Shown here in pieces: positions 20,033-32,602 of a stretch of 40,995 bases of DNA (its first letter is position 1; each line of letters opens with the position of its first letter). The stretch is from Dimargaris cristalligena. Its lineage: Eukaryota. Below the pieces are notes generated by a model. The model saw nothing but the letters and a program-made list of their open reading frames with translations. It did no database searches and was not told the DNA's origin. The stretch covers positions 1-40,995 of the forward strand of contig ML002333.1 in the NCBI GenBank assembly GCA_003614675.1, read 5' to 3'. The translations under genes and the position numbers were made by a program.

Positions 20033-21684
20033 TTAGACATTGGTCGCACTTTCCTTAGTATCCAAATTCTGGTACAGTTCCGGTTCCATGCCAGCCGCCC
20101 GGCGAGCCTCCTCGTTAAATGGGGGTTTCAACACTCCCCGGAAGTGTTTTTGAACCGTCACTCGGAAAACTTCCTGTTTATCCTTACCGCGCTGGCGGCA
20201 CATATAGTCAAACCAGCGATGGCCCGTTTCCACGTGAGTCACCTCGTCGGCCAGGATCACATCGAGCATGTCCGCGGTAGTGGTGTCACCGGCCTTGCGG
20301 AAGTTTTGGATAGTATTGGGGTTCACATCCAATCCACGGGCTTCATGCACCATATGAACAATGGCCATGCGGCAGGCGACATCGTGAGCAGTCTCCGCGG
20401 CCGACTCCCAAATACCTTCGTACGAGTAAATAGATATTGGCGCAATAATAGGCGGATAAAATTAAATATTGAAGTAAAAGGGGAGGTAACTATTAATTCG
20501 TCGTTTAAAAATCGGATTTTTAAAGCACTCTGTGAACCCCCGGGAATGGTGTCCGCTATTGCGTAAATTTGGGGGGAGGGATTTTTGTCTTCTTTGGAAA
20601 ACACGAACCACACTATATCCCCCGAATAGTCGGTTCAGCATCACCAATGTCAGCTGGGGTTGTGATCATCGGAACTTACCAGCATGGACGGGCAGAGCCC
20701 CAAAATGGGAACCAAGGTCGGCCAGTCGGGCAGTCAACCACAGAAAGTGCTTCGCTTCTTCCGCGGCCATCCGCACAAAATCATCGAAGAAGCTGCGGGG
20801 CATTAAGCAATCTTCCCCAGAAGGATTCGGCTGGTCCCCTCTCGGTGGATTGCTCGACTTGAAACGCACGATATTGTCCAGGGCCGTATCGATAGCCCAT
20901 TGTTCAATATTGGACAGGGAGTGCAGAATGGCAATGCGGCTTTGCTGTATATAGGGATTCGGACCCGGGGTATAAAAACAAGCCAGAGGGGGGCCATGTG
21001 GCACAAACCAACTATATTAATACCACGGATACGAAAGGCGTGAGGATGGGAGCTATATGTCACGAAACAGTTTACCCCGTGTTCAGTTATGGCCCAGGCG
21101 ATGATATAGGAACCAGGAAGGGGTGCATGGGTGTGGGGGTGATAACAGTATCAAGACAACCTCCATGATTTACCCAACCCTTGATAACCGTAGTTATAGT
21201 ACAGAAAACCCAAACGTAGTACTTACCATCGAGCCGGCCTTACCAAGGCGAATTGCCTTCCCAGGGGCGACAAACTCCAGATCATCCGGGCGACCTGGCC
21301 GCTCAGGGGCCACTCCCTCTCCGATTTTGGTGATTTGGCCACTTGTCCATAACTGGTTTAGTTCCTGGGTTAATTTGACCTAGCAAGGGGATAATCGAGT
21401 CAAGCATGTGGTGGTATATCAAGCGGGCCAGTGGCGTAATAGACTGCATTAGGTTGTCTTTCTAAGTTAAGAGGGTCCTGCAGCCAAATTTTACACGCTG
21501 AAGCGGTCTATATGGCATACACATACTCAGTCTAGTCAGTGGGAGGGAATTGTAAGCAGAATATAGGGAGGTTGAGTCCCGGCCAGGTGGCAAAGCTGTT
21601 TCTCGTAATTACCTTGGTAAACGGATCGGGGGTGTGGAGGATTTTAACACACCAGTCGCAAAGTGTTACCGGGTCGGTTGCCAT
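20033..21684 (-). CDS. DUF455 ferritin-like (di-iron) protein, 290 aa; exons 21684-21613, 21379-21227, 20944-20680, 20415-20033
   Basis: Joined reading MATDPVTLCDWCVKILHTPDP...PERPGRP...GKAGS..SRIAILHSLSNIEQWAID...FFDDFVRMAAEEAKHF...LPVHAGIWESA...VHMVHEARGLDVNP...ILADEVTHV..GHRWF...LKPPFNEEARRAAG. All introns are GT-AG; 873 nt in frame. Confidence 0.9.
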
Positions 21685-22160
21685 TTTGTGCTATAGTAGG
21701 GTCTAGAGCGGCTGAAGGCAAATTGTTTATGAACAGGTTAAGTACGTTGCTACGCAAATGGGGACATTCGTAAGGAGAAGCGAAATGTTTCAACGGAAAT
21801 GTCTTGGGCGTAGAGTATGGGAATGTGGGGGGGGGCATTCGCCAAGACTTCCAAACCAGTACCACCTTGGCCAAATAGTCGCTCCCAATACAGCTAGTCA
21901 ATCCATTATTGACTGGCCCCGAAGCCATTATAGAGCTTATTCCTGTGCAGCTGTCTATAGTCAAAATGGGTAAAATATATTTTATTAAATGGACGAAATT
22001 CTAGAATATACTGCTTATCAAGCAGTCAGCTCAAGTCGTAACTATTTGACTAGGGAGGGGATCCTGAACCGACGCCCCTCTGTATCACAACCCCAATCCA
22101 AAGGGTAGTAGGAGGAGGTTGTAGCTACCAATCATCATGTCCTCCCTCCCCTTCCTCAGT

Positions 22161-22586
22161 CTAGAGGAAGGCTTTGGCACCAATGTAATAGTCAGCCGTA
22201 GAGTACATCCAGACTAATGATGTGGTGGCCACGATCACCGGCGACAGGGCCGGGCCCAACAGTCGGGCGGAACGAAACACGAAGAGTTCGGTGAAGTAAT
22301 GCACCCAGGCGATGCCGAAGGTCCAGGCCAGGAGGCCAAAGACGACCGGGTTACGAATGTGGTAGGCGGCGTAAAGCCGGACCACGGCGGACACGAGGGT
22401 CCAGCAGCCGAACATGCGGGAAGTCAACGGGGTGACCTCGTGGGCGGCCTGGTTATAGACGCGCCGGGTCAGGGCAAGCGGCCGGGCGTAGGCCTGCGCC
22501 GTATTAAAAATCGACAGCACCGAGACAAATAACAGCCATTTGGGAAGCAGGCCGTCGTCGGGAATCCAGGATGAAGAGAGAACCAT
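22161..22586 (-). CDS. ERG28: Ergosterol biosynthesis scaffold protein Erg28, 141 aa
   Basis: GLLPKWLLFVSVLSIFNTAQAY, VTPLTSRMFGCWT..SAVVRLYAAY.I, HYFTELFVFRSA, SPVIVATTSLVWM match the Erg28 family; ACCATG start. Confidence 0.95.
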   Translation of the reverse strand: MVLSSSWIPDDGLLPKWLLFVSVLSIFNTAQAYARPLALTRRVYNQAAHEVTPLTSRMFGCWTLVSAVVRLYAAYHIRNPVVFGLLAWTFGIAWVHYFTELFVFRSARLLGPALSPVIVATTSLVWMYSTADYYIGAKAFL

Positions 22587-23418
22587 GGTGGCGGTGACAC
22601 AGAATATATAGAGAGAGAAAGTGGGTATGTGCTATGTACGTGGAAACGGGGGGTGTGGGGGAGAGTTGTCAAAACGAATAATTAATTAAATAGTCATAAG
22701 GGTTGGGGGAGTAAAACGAAACAGGTCCAATTGTAAGCCTAATATAGCCTATGACCAACTGGGCCTATATAATGGGTATATAGTCGGCCATACGAGACAC
22801 ACACATAGGAGGGAATGGATGATGGTGATGAGATGGTTTAAGTGGTGTGGCGTGTGATCCACTACTACTTAGCTGTGCAAAATGGCCTGATCATGCTATA
22901 TAATCTGGTACTGTTGAATTTCTATTTACGTATTTGATCAAGCTGATAAAGTTGTACGAAAACTAAAAACCTGTCAGAATCGATCTCCACCATTCCTCTA
23001 TTCAAAATAAAGTCCATCACCGACACTAAATGGCATGGTATGCAGCAGTAATCCTTCGGGGAAACTAAGAAACCGATCCAATTGAGAAAAATAATTTATT
23101 AGGTGATTGGGTAAAGTATTAGATTTCACAAAATTAAACCTGAATGTAAAAGGGAGTATAGCATGGTTATAAAAGTACAAAGGAGGAGGAGACGCACGGG
23201 TGAAGTTCAACGATGAAAAAAAAAACAACTCGAACAAATCAATATGTAACATGCTAAGCCAGCAGCACGATGTCTGCTATCATAACTAGAGAGGTAGGGG
23301 TAATACGACGAAGGATGGTGGAGATCCCCCTAAAGTGCCGCCATTTGGGTACTACAAACTGGATAAATAGAATAGAGTAGTTTGGAAAAGGGCAGTTGTC
23401 AGAACATTTGCCATTTTC

Positions 23419-26400
23419 TCAAACATCCAGGCCGTCCGTGAAGAATTGGTCCAGATCATCGATAAAAGGCATTAACTCAGTCAAATCATCCACATTCAGG
23501 GTCTCTTCGGTCGGTAGTCGTTTCGGTGGGGGTGATTCGGGCGACGACGCCGATGGCGAGGGGGTCGATGATGACGAGGCGGTCACCGGCAATACCCGGG
23601 GCGAGACCGATCTTGAGTCACCGGACAGCACACTCGATATAGACGGAGTGGCCGGGGAGTCGATGTGGGGGTTAATGATATGGTACAGTTCCAACGGGGG
23701 TGAATTGCTTCGGTTGGGATAGGCCAATTCGGACGGCCGCTGCCAGCCTGGTCCGCCGCCTCCGCCACCGCTGTGTCTATGGCCATGGTGCAGGTCGGGA
23801 CACGATGTGTTGAGGGGCGGGTGTGAACGAAGGTTAAGCGGACTTCGACGGGTCGTCAATGGATCGGGTGGACCGTCGGTGGTGGATTCATCGCCCGAAG
23901 CGGGTGACGAGGGGGACTGAGTATTAGGGCCACCGCTGCTACGCAGATGACGCCCACTCCCTCCTCCTCCACCGCCGCCACCTAACCCCATGGTGTGGAC
24001 GTTGACGCTAGCGTAACCTCGGCGGTCGCTGACCCGTCGGGAAGCCCGGTGGGCCAATTGACTGGCCATGGTCAGTGCCGTGGCTCTTTCCTTTTCGTTA
24101 ATCAATTCCTGGGCCGCCACCGTTTTGACCAGAATGGACAGTTGGTGGCGGGTCTTAGGGCGGGACACCGCCGAATTGAATCCGTACCAGGTGAAAGTCT
24201 TGATCCCCAGTGCTAGTCCCCGGTTAAGGGAGTGAGGGGGAAAGGGCGGGGATTGGGGCGATCGACCCGATCCCGCCGACAACCCGCTGCTCGAGGGGTC
24301 TTCGTGAAGGAATGCATTGGGAGCAGGGTGGGGAGACCGAAGCACCAGGCAGTCCAAAATATTACTCACCCGGGCTTCAAAAGGGGAGGTCATGAGACCC
24401 AGGAGAATATTCACCGTCGGTAGGGTATCTTCCCGGTCGAACAACCCCACGACGCTGGTGCGGCACTGTGTCACGAAGATTTCCATGGTCTGGAGCAAAA
24501 TATCCTGGTTCCCCACTAGCGCAGTGGGCAGCTGGAGCAGGAGTAGGAACATGGCATCCGGAATATAGGACATGAAGTGTTCGCCAAACAGTTTGACAAC
24601 CTCCTTGATGAAATGCTCCACACTGTAAAAGCTCTGCGCCTTGTAGCTCGCACACAGCTGAAGCAGGGCCCGCTGGGCTTCCGGGCGGGCCTGTACCACA
24701 TCAGGGATAATGACGGCTAGCATGTCCATTAACAAGTCGGCTTCACCGCCCGGATCCGGGTTCTGAATATGCTGGCACAATAGAGGGAAGTCGACTAATA
24801 AAAGGAGTCCCACCGCGGCTTCCACAATACCCACCAACGGCTCCGAGGCCAGCGAAATCAGCTGATTGATGAGTTTCTGGCACCGCGGTCGTTGGCTGGG
24901 GAACCGGAACCCGCGAATGAGCAGCCAGAACAGTCCCGGAAAATGACCACCCCATTTCTTGGGGTACTGTTTACTAATGAGCGTACGCAGGGGCACTGCG
25001 GGGTGAGGTTCCCCGGCAGCAAGGGGGTGGTGGCCGGCGTAACCCGGAGAGGTAGCCGACCCGGTCCCCGTGCCCCCTTCTTCCTCGCCTTCCTGGGTTG
25101 AGGCATCCATCGCGACCGCACTAGCCTGGGCCGCCAGCGTCGCGATAGGGAACCCCATTTGGGCCTGGATGTGCAGAGGCCGATCGCGGAGGAGGTGGTC
25201 CGTCTTGTGGATCGACGGAAACCGCCAGCTGGGGTACTGGAGGATAATTTCGAGCATGACCAAGCCCTGCTCGTACTCACTTTCCAGGTGTGAGAACAAG
25301 CAGACGGCGGCGGTCCAAAACAGCACCGGGGCGAGGGTGAGTCGGGTTTTCACCAGGGACTGCTCGTTCTGGTTCCGGATACCGGCCACTTGAGTAGCCG
25401 GGCTCTGCAACGACCGGAAAATCTCGTCAGCGTCCAGGTCCGAGTCGTGTTGGGAGCCGAACAGGCTGCTGGTGCTGGTATGGGAGTCAGGGCTATCCCT
25501 ACCTCCCTTAGACCAATCATTACCCCCTTCAGGTCGGATGGACCGCAGGACTTTGGCGAAAATGGTCAAGATACTGACCGAAAACTCCTGGATGTTCTCC
25601 TTGTCGTCGGCAATCGTGTTGGAGAGGCGATTGATCATTTCAATACACATCCCCAAGGTCACTCGGGGCATAATGACGCTGAAAATGCGAAAGGAGGCGC
25701 AGGCCACGTTCCGTACGGGACATTGGGTACCCCAATGTAGGGCCACGCTCCCCCAAAGCTGCTGCAGGCGTTTGGGCTCCAATTCCTCTGATCCAAAGAC
25801 TTCGACCAGCTGTTTGACGAAGCGAGACAGGTCGGCAAACGGTAGACCATGGTCCCGTTTGACCCGTTCGGCGGCACTGAGCTGGGCGAGAAGGTCGTCC
25901 ACGGTTTCCAGGGGCTCGTGTTTATCCAGCACCATGTACCGGATAAAATTGGCCAACATCATTGAAATGAGGGGCGAGACGCGGGGGTAGCTGTAGTCAA
26001 CGTGCACGGCTAGAACATGGAGTAGGAGGGGAAGGTACGGTTTAAGCAACCAACCGATCTCACTGGGTAATTCAACAAGAAGGATCAGGGCAATCTGGCT
26101 GGGGGAAAACATGGGGCCTTCCTCGTAGGTGGGGAAATGATCGTCGAAAATCCGCTGGGCCTGGCACTGCTGGGGCCGGTCCGGACCGGGCCGGATATTC
26201 TCCACCGAATTGATGAGAGTATCGCTGTATTCGGCCTGGAGATTAGGGATCATGTGCTGCGGGGTAATGTACCCGACAATGGTGTGGACCAAGTGGGTAT
26301 TGATGGATGTGCGGGCCAAAAACATGACGACCTTCTTCACGTACTCCAGCAGGGTCGGATTACGTTTACGTAGGCCCAGGTTCACCAAGAACCCCACAAT

Positions 26401-29400
26401 CAGGTCACAGTTACTTGAATTGTCCTTGAAGACCAGGGCTGACCACAGCTGTTCCAGCTCACCTAAATGTTTCTTACTCAGACTCAAGGTCAGGTAGAAC
26501 AAATGAAGCAGGTGACAATGGCCCGGTTCCATAATTTCCCCAGCGTCAAGGTCTAAGATCAGATCAATATTACAGAACCAGGGCCGGAGAAACCGTAGCA
26601 TTTCCCGCTGACATTGTTCGCTCACCAATTCGAGGTGGGTGAACACTTCCGTGATGATATCCGAAGTAAGTCGGGCGTGCCGTTCCGAAAGGGTGGCCGA
26701 TAGCCCCACCTGGGCATGCCGGTACAAGGTGGCCAGGGGACTAAATGCAGCCGATTCGAATAATTCGTAACAGCGGTCTTTAAAAAACCGACGTTCGATG
26801 GCCTGGATCAACCGAAAGGCGGCGTGCCGAATATTCGGATTGGGATCTCCCATTTTCAGCAAAGCCAGGGGAATCAATTTATGCGGCTGGTAGGGGTACT
26901 CTTGGTCGCTCGCGATAATTTTCTTTAGGACGAAAAAGTAGCCGTGGGTGCAGCGGTGGTTGGGGTCCCCGCTGTAGCATAGTTTGATGATTTCATGGAG
27001 AACAATCAGGTGGTTCTGATTGAACTCGAGCAACCATTCGAGTGAATTGCGGGCCACGCTGTGGACCCGACGGTCAGGGCTGGCGAAGATGGATTCGATC
27101 CACTGGAAGAGTTGGATGAGATTGAAGGAGTGGGCGGGCTTGGTGGGGGTGGGGATTCGGAATACTGGGCCTCGGCATAAGGTCGACATAGCCTGAAGGG
27201 CTGCGGCTTCCAACGCGGTTCGTTCTTCCTCCATAATTGACGCCATAGTCCCCCGTTCCAATACATCGTGGTATTTTTCCAATACGTGTCCAATCATGGC
27301 CGCCTCCCGTTCCCGGGTACGTTCACTGTACTGGCCAAACCCACACCACTGCTCGAACATCCGGAACAAGGATATTCGGGTCTTGAAGGAAAAAATGCTA
27401 GTGGGATCCTTAAGTTGGGACATGTAGTAGAACAGGACGTCGACCAGCCCGCAGCACTGGATGCGAAGGTGCTGGTATTCCCAGGTGGACTGGACGCCTG
27501 TATCGCTTAAGAAATTTTTAATTTCCTTCACGAAGTTGACCATAGCATGGAGGTGCTCGCTGTTGGCCAAGAAGTGGTTGAACTTCAGGTACCGGGCAGT
27601 CAGTCGGAATAGCTGGACGAGGGAGGCCCGGGAGCGGTCCATTTTGCGGTCCCGTTTCATGCCCGAGTAGCTCTTGTGGAAGGATTTCAGAATCGTCACC
27701 TCATAGAGCGAATTGATGGTGGGCTTAAGGGTCTCCACCAGTTTAATGTAGGAGGCCTCGTTGATGCTACCCAAACCCCGAATCACCGAGTAGCGCACCA
27801 CGGGATTCTCGCAGGTGAAGAAGGGAATGGTGAGTTTAACCAGGTCGCCCACGGTTAGGATTTGGGTCATGTTTTTGGCTAGGGACCGATTGAAAGTATG
27901 GGACCGGTTGACTACGTCGTGTTCCAAATTGGGCATCAATGTGGCACTGATGAACTCGAGGTAAAACCGCCACTGCTCGATGAGGTCAGCATCGAACCCA
28001 CTAGCCTTGACCATGAACCGGTTGGGTATAAAGCCAATGACGGGTACTTTCGACGGGATTTCCGAATAATGAACCACCAGGCTAAACATCTGGTGGAAAT
28101 GGCGACATACAATATCGCGGGCCAGAATAACCGTGGGCGGGGCCACTACATAGGCTTTTTGGACAAGCGTCGAAAAGTGTTCCTCCCAGAAGACCCGGTA
28201 AACGGGGTTGGGGCTACAGGCCAGGTCAAACACGGGAATGCTTTGTCCATTGCCGTTCGATGCAGCGGATGCTGTGCCAAGAGTAGCGCCCGTGGTGGGA
28301 ACGCCCATTGGGCGCACATTCACGGATGGTGTGCTAGTGGAAGGCCCCGCCCCGAAATACGGGTCGGGTTTACTGGCGATTGAGGAAGACGGGTCACGGC
28401 TAGTAGTCCCCACAATAGGATCAACCAGAGGCTGTCCCTCCGAGGGAGATAACGGGTTGCCCGCCGTGGACCAGGTCGGTCCCCCATCACTATTCACACT
28501 ACTGATGCTACTAGAGGGACCGTGGTGGGAGTAGTTGCCAGGCTCCCGGGTCGGATCAATCGTCGGATGTCGGAAGGTCTGGTATACACTGTCCCGCAGG
28601 TCACCCAAAGGAACCGTCGACGTTACGAGTTCAGTGTAAATGAATTTCCGCGAGTAGATCATTTGGTTGTGCTGTTTAGCCTTGACCTTGTCCGTTGGGG
28701 CCATGGGGATAGGATGGTCGTCCGATAGGTGGGGCATGAGAACCTCCCCGATACGGGCAATGGTACGCAGAATGGCCACGGCAATAGTGCGAACCCGGGA
28801 AGACCGGTGGCAAAGGTAAAAGAGTCCGAAGCCTTCGATATCGTCAATAAGGCTAATGATGGCCCGGTGGTCCGTCTGCCACAGATCCGCTGCGCTATCC
28901 AGCTGGCCCTGACGGTCGAGCCGCTCGATATCATTCAAAAATATCTGAATAATATCCAAGTATAAATCCAGCAGCCCTCCCGTACGAACCCGGGCCGTCG
29001 TAGAGGTGCTGCCTCCTTGAATTGTGGAGGAGGTGGGAGTGGACAACCCTGCCGAAGTGGGAGTTGGGGCAGTCGTGCCCAGTGTATTCAGACCAGCAGC
29101 AGTGGAAGTTGCTCCGGGAGAGGCTTGATGAAAAGGGCCGTGGAAGGTGGGGGTACGCCCCGGAATATCACTGCCGGCGTGATTGGACACGAGTTGGTGG
29201 TAGATATCCGAATTATATATGGTGGCCGTACTTGTGAACTCTCGGCGAGGGGAGGCGGGCACAGCCGCGGGGGGGCGCCCCTCCTTCTGGTGGGGGTCCT
29301 GAATATACACGTGGTGAGTCAATATCTCGTCCACCCGGTCGTCCACCAGAATCAGAACCTGGGACATGAAGGCCAGGATAGAGTACGAACTGGTCCGGTC

Positions 29401-31870
29401 TGTTAGGCGCACCAATGCGCCGGCAGCGGCCCGCGCCACCTTTAGATCAATGTGAAGAAGGTAGTTGCAAAGCATTTCACATAGTTTCTGGGGCAGGATT
29501 TGGGAGGGGGTCAAATCCGGGGTTGTGTCAATCAAGGTGGCGAGCAGGTCATAGAAGGGCTGTTTATCCTTGGGGTAGACCGTGCTAAACGTGTTGAAGT
29601 TTTGTTGGTATTGCTGCCCTTCGTTGGTCAATTCCTTGGCGCTGGTGATCATGCCCGCAAAGGCAGTAGTAGGAAGCGACGCCGAGGTCATTCCATTATG
29701 GGCGAGAGTCGCCAGGGGGTGAAAGGATGTGGCCAAAGAAGCCATGCTATGGTTATTTGTAGGTAATAGAGAAGTAGGCACTCCAGAGACGGTATGGGTT
29801 CCGGTCCCGAAACCCCCCGCCTTGGTGGGTGACGTAGCGGAGTTGATATTGAGGGACGGGGCCGTTTCCGAATCGTCAGGGTCCGCCACGGGGTTACCCT
29901 GGTTAGGTGGATGGAAAGTGACATAGCGCTTCTTCGTGACCTGGTCCGTTCCGTAGGTGGCGTCCAGGAGCTCAAAGTACTGGGACTGGGCAATTTGCAC
30001 CTTGTCAGTTAGCTGAAACAGAAAGTCGGCCCAGGGCAATGCAGGGACGCTTAATTCGGCCTTAAGACGGGGGTATATGGGTAGAGTAAATGCTTCTTGA
30101 CAGGAGGCCAGCAGGTCCCGGACGTCGGGAAAAATGGGTCGCTCCTCGTTGAGATCGTCAGACTGGACGTAGAGCAGCAGAGCCCGCAGACCGATGATCA
30201 TGCGCTCCGGCTGCAAATACTCGGTGGCACTAGGAATCGGGTTGGTATCATCGATATGTATTAGGAATGAGATGACGTTTTTGACGGTCCACTCCAAGTT
30301 GTACCGGAGCATGCAGAATACGATATAGGTGTAGTACTCCAAGGGCATATCGGACAGGTTAGTGGGGCGCTTACGGGTACCAAACATTTGCTTGACCAGT
30401 GACTCCAGTTGTTTGTGGGCCTCTTTACCTGGAACCCGGTACCGGTACAGGTAGGCCCATACTAACCGACAGAGGCAGCCCAGTGTCACCGCACGTAAGC
30501 CGCGGTCCTTGATCTTGATAAAGGCTTGCTCTAAGAACCAGGGCATTTTGGCTAAAAAAACCTCCTTACGACACGCACACAGGACCGCTGTCATGAACGG
30601 GTAGGCCACCGGGAGGTAGCGGGGCTTACTGGCCATTTTGATGGCCCGGGAAAGTAGTAAATCCATACTCTTTGCCCAATCGGGGAAGTTCACTTCAGCG
30701 TCCGCCACGGCACCAATCGGTAAGAGCAGCTGGGTGAATACTTCGCTGTAGGCGTACCGGATGCGCACACCATGGGCCCCCTGGACAAAGAATTTCGTGC
30801 AACTGAGCAAAAACTGGGCGGTTTCTTCCAAAATGTCGACTGGATAAATCTGTTGGGATTTACAAAATAGGATAGGGAGTAGGCGGGGAGGTGGGTATAA
30901 TGGTATACAAAAGCATATGATATAAATAAAAAGAACATGCTTCCAAAAGCAGAGCATTTAACAAACCCCTGGACAAAGTAGGGGGCCCGGTCTTCCAATT
31001 ACGAGGTGGCATGGAAGGGAAGAGGGAGGGCCACGGGATAGCCCAAGCAATTGCCCGATATGAATGCGCGCTTACCTTTAACCGCAGATAGCGCATTCCC
31101 CGGATAATAATCTCGACTTGGGGCTCGTTGGGGATAGGCCCAGGGGGGACCTTTTCTAACTCAGCAATGAACCGGTCACTCATGGTGGCTAACCGAACTC
31201 CGCTAATGGAACCAATAAGTCGGGCGTACATGTCGGAGATAATTTGACGGTTGCGGCACCGGTTGAGCGATTCGACATCCGCGTTCTTGAGTTGAGCAAA
31301 TGTGATCTCCTCCATCTTATTGCCCAATTCGTTCGAAATATCCTCGGAGCCAATTTCCTCGAACACGGTTATTAAAGCCTGGCACAAGATATAGACGGCT
31401 GCCAATTCCCGCCGTTCCTCCCGGGACTCGGCGGTAAAAGCCCGGGCACTGGTCGGCTCGGGGGTTAGGTTCATCCCTGGGGTATAACTGCTGGTAGAGA
31501 GCCGGCGCGGATAGTCGGGGGACGTCATGTCGGGACTGAAAAATGAGTAGGACGCGCGTACACTTAGGTCATTATGGGGTAATGAATCGGCGGGGTCAGC
31601 GGCGGCCATGGTCTCTTTCCGCCATTGAAGTAAGGTTTCAATCACTTCATTGGCACAGCTCTTGGCGATGACAGCCATGGTTCGCATGACCCCACCCAGC
31701 CGGCCGGTGGGGCCCGAGCCGAGGGCGGATATGAGGTCCGGCTTGGTCTTGGTCTGACTGTCGGTGAATTGTTTTATCTGCGCATCAGCATAGTAACTGA
31801 AATTGCGGTGAAGGTTGCCGATGATGTATTGTTTGGAATCAGCCGGAACCGTAAGCGCTGAAAACGGCAT
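23419..31870 (-). CDS. TAO3: Tao3/Mor2/Furry RAM-MOR network scaffold, ~2741 aa; exons 31870-31076 and 30849-23419
   Basis: ETLLQWRK, ERRELAAVYILCQAL, SDRFIAELEK, IIRGMRYLRLK|IYPVDILEETAQFL, AEVNFPDW, LFRMFEQWCG, ALQAMSTLCRGP, WGSVALHWGTQCPVRNVACASFRIF, RLSNTIAD. Intron 31075-30850 runs GTAAGC...CAG in phase 0. Confidence 0.93.
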
Positions 31871-32602
31871 ATAAAGAGCGCCGAGGGCGGCGAAAAGAAA
31901 GAAGTAAGGGACTGGTAAGGGTGTTGTAATGAAAGATAAATATGAAAAATATGACTAGTAGTGAGTCGGAGGACTAATAACCAGGCCGAGGGAAACAGGT
32001 TTGTCGAAGCGAAAACGATGGAATGGACTGAGATGGAGAAAGGGGAGTGTGGATTAGTGGACACGATAGGGAGGGTTGGCGACGTGTGGTGGTGCCAAAG
32101 AGTAGGAGGAGGGTGGATTGACTAAGTATAAGACACAAAGAGGGAAAGGGATTTCCTAATGGGAACTACGCTTAACTAAGGAAAGAAGTATGGGAATCTT
32201 GTAACTTTGTGAACGTGTGTAGTGTAGCACCGAAGGCCTCGACTTCCGGAATATGCTAATATATAATACTTTGACTATAAAACGAGGGTATAGCTGTCGC
32301 TTTGGCTAGGTCCTTGCAACAGTAGCTCAGACTTTATTGGGCCCTGGTTTCCTAATAAGGCTTACGTCTGCCGAGGCCTTTTCCCAGCTGCATAGACAGT
32401 CCAACAACCATAGAGAGCGGAATAACGGGCCAGTGGACGCTCTACCAGCCAAACTATAGTGTGGTGGTATTATACCTTGGGAGATTGGATTCGTGTCAAC
32501 CAACTCCCCTCATTCTTTTTCGTTTGTTACTCCACTTTTCTAAATTTAGTGCTGCTCTTTTCACGCGTTTTACTGCCCGCTTCTCCTTTTAAACTCGTCC
32601 CC
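31871..32602. promoter_or_regulatory. Divergent promoter region between TAO3 and SCC2 (732 bp)
   Basis: Head-to-head ATGs at 31870(-) and 32603(+), with pyrimidine-rich leaders pointing outward on each strand. Confidence 0.6.

Noticed and set aside
19874..20566. 230-aa plus-strand ORF
   Set aside because: Antisense shadow of the conserved DUF455 last exon, with no recognisable protein features.
13194..22586. Idea that SHE9, ERV41, YAE1, DUF455 and ERG28 form a functional cluster
   Set aside because: Unrelated conserved housekeeping pathways; no shared motif seen, and adjacency is normal in a compact genome.
22789..22860. SRE-like ATCACACGCCAC and Upc2-like CTCGTATG upstream of ERG28
   Set aside because: Short imperfect matches that cannot be distinguished from chance without conservation data.
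30850..30957. N-terminus MLCFWKHVLF... of the 2512-aa ORF, and the tail of ORF 30860-31870 after 31076
   Set aside because: Both are read-through into the TAO3 intron 31075-30850; the two ORFs are one gene.
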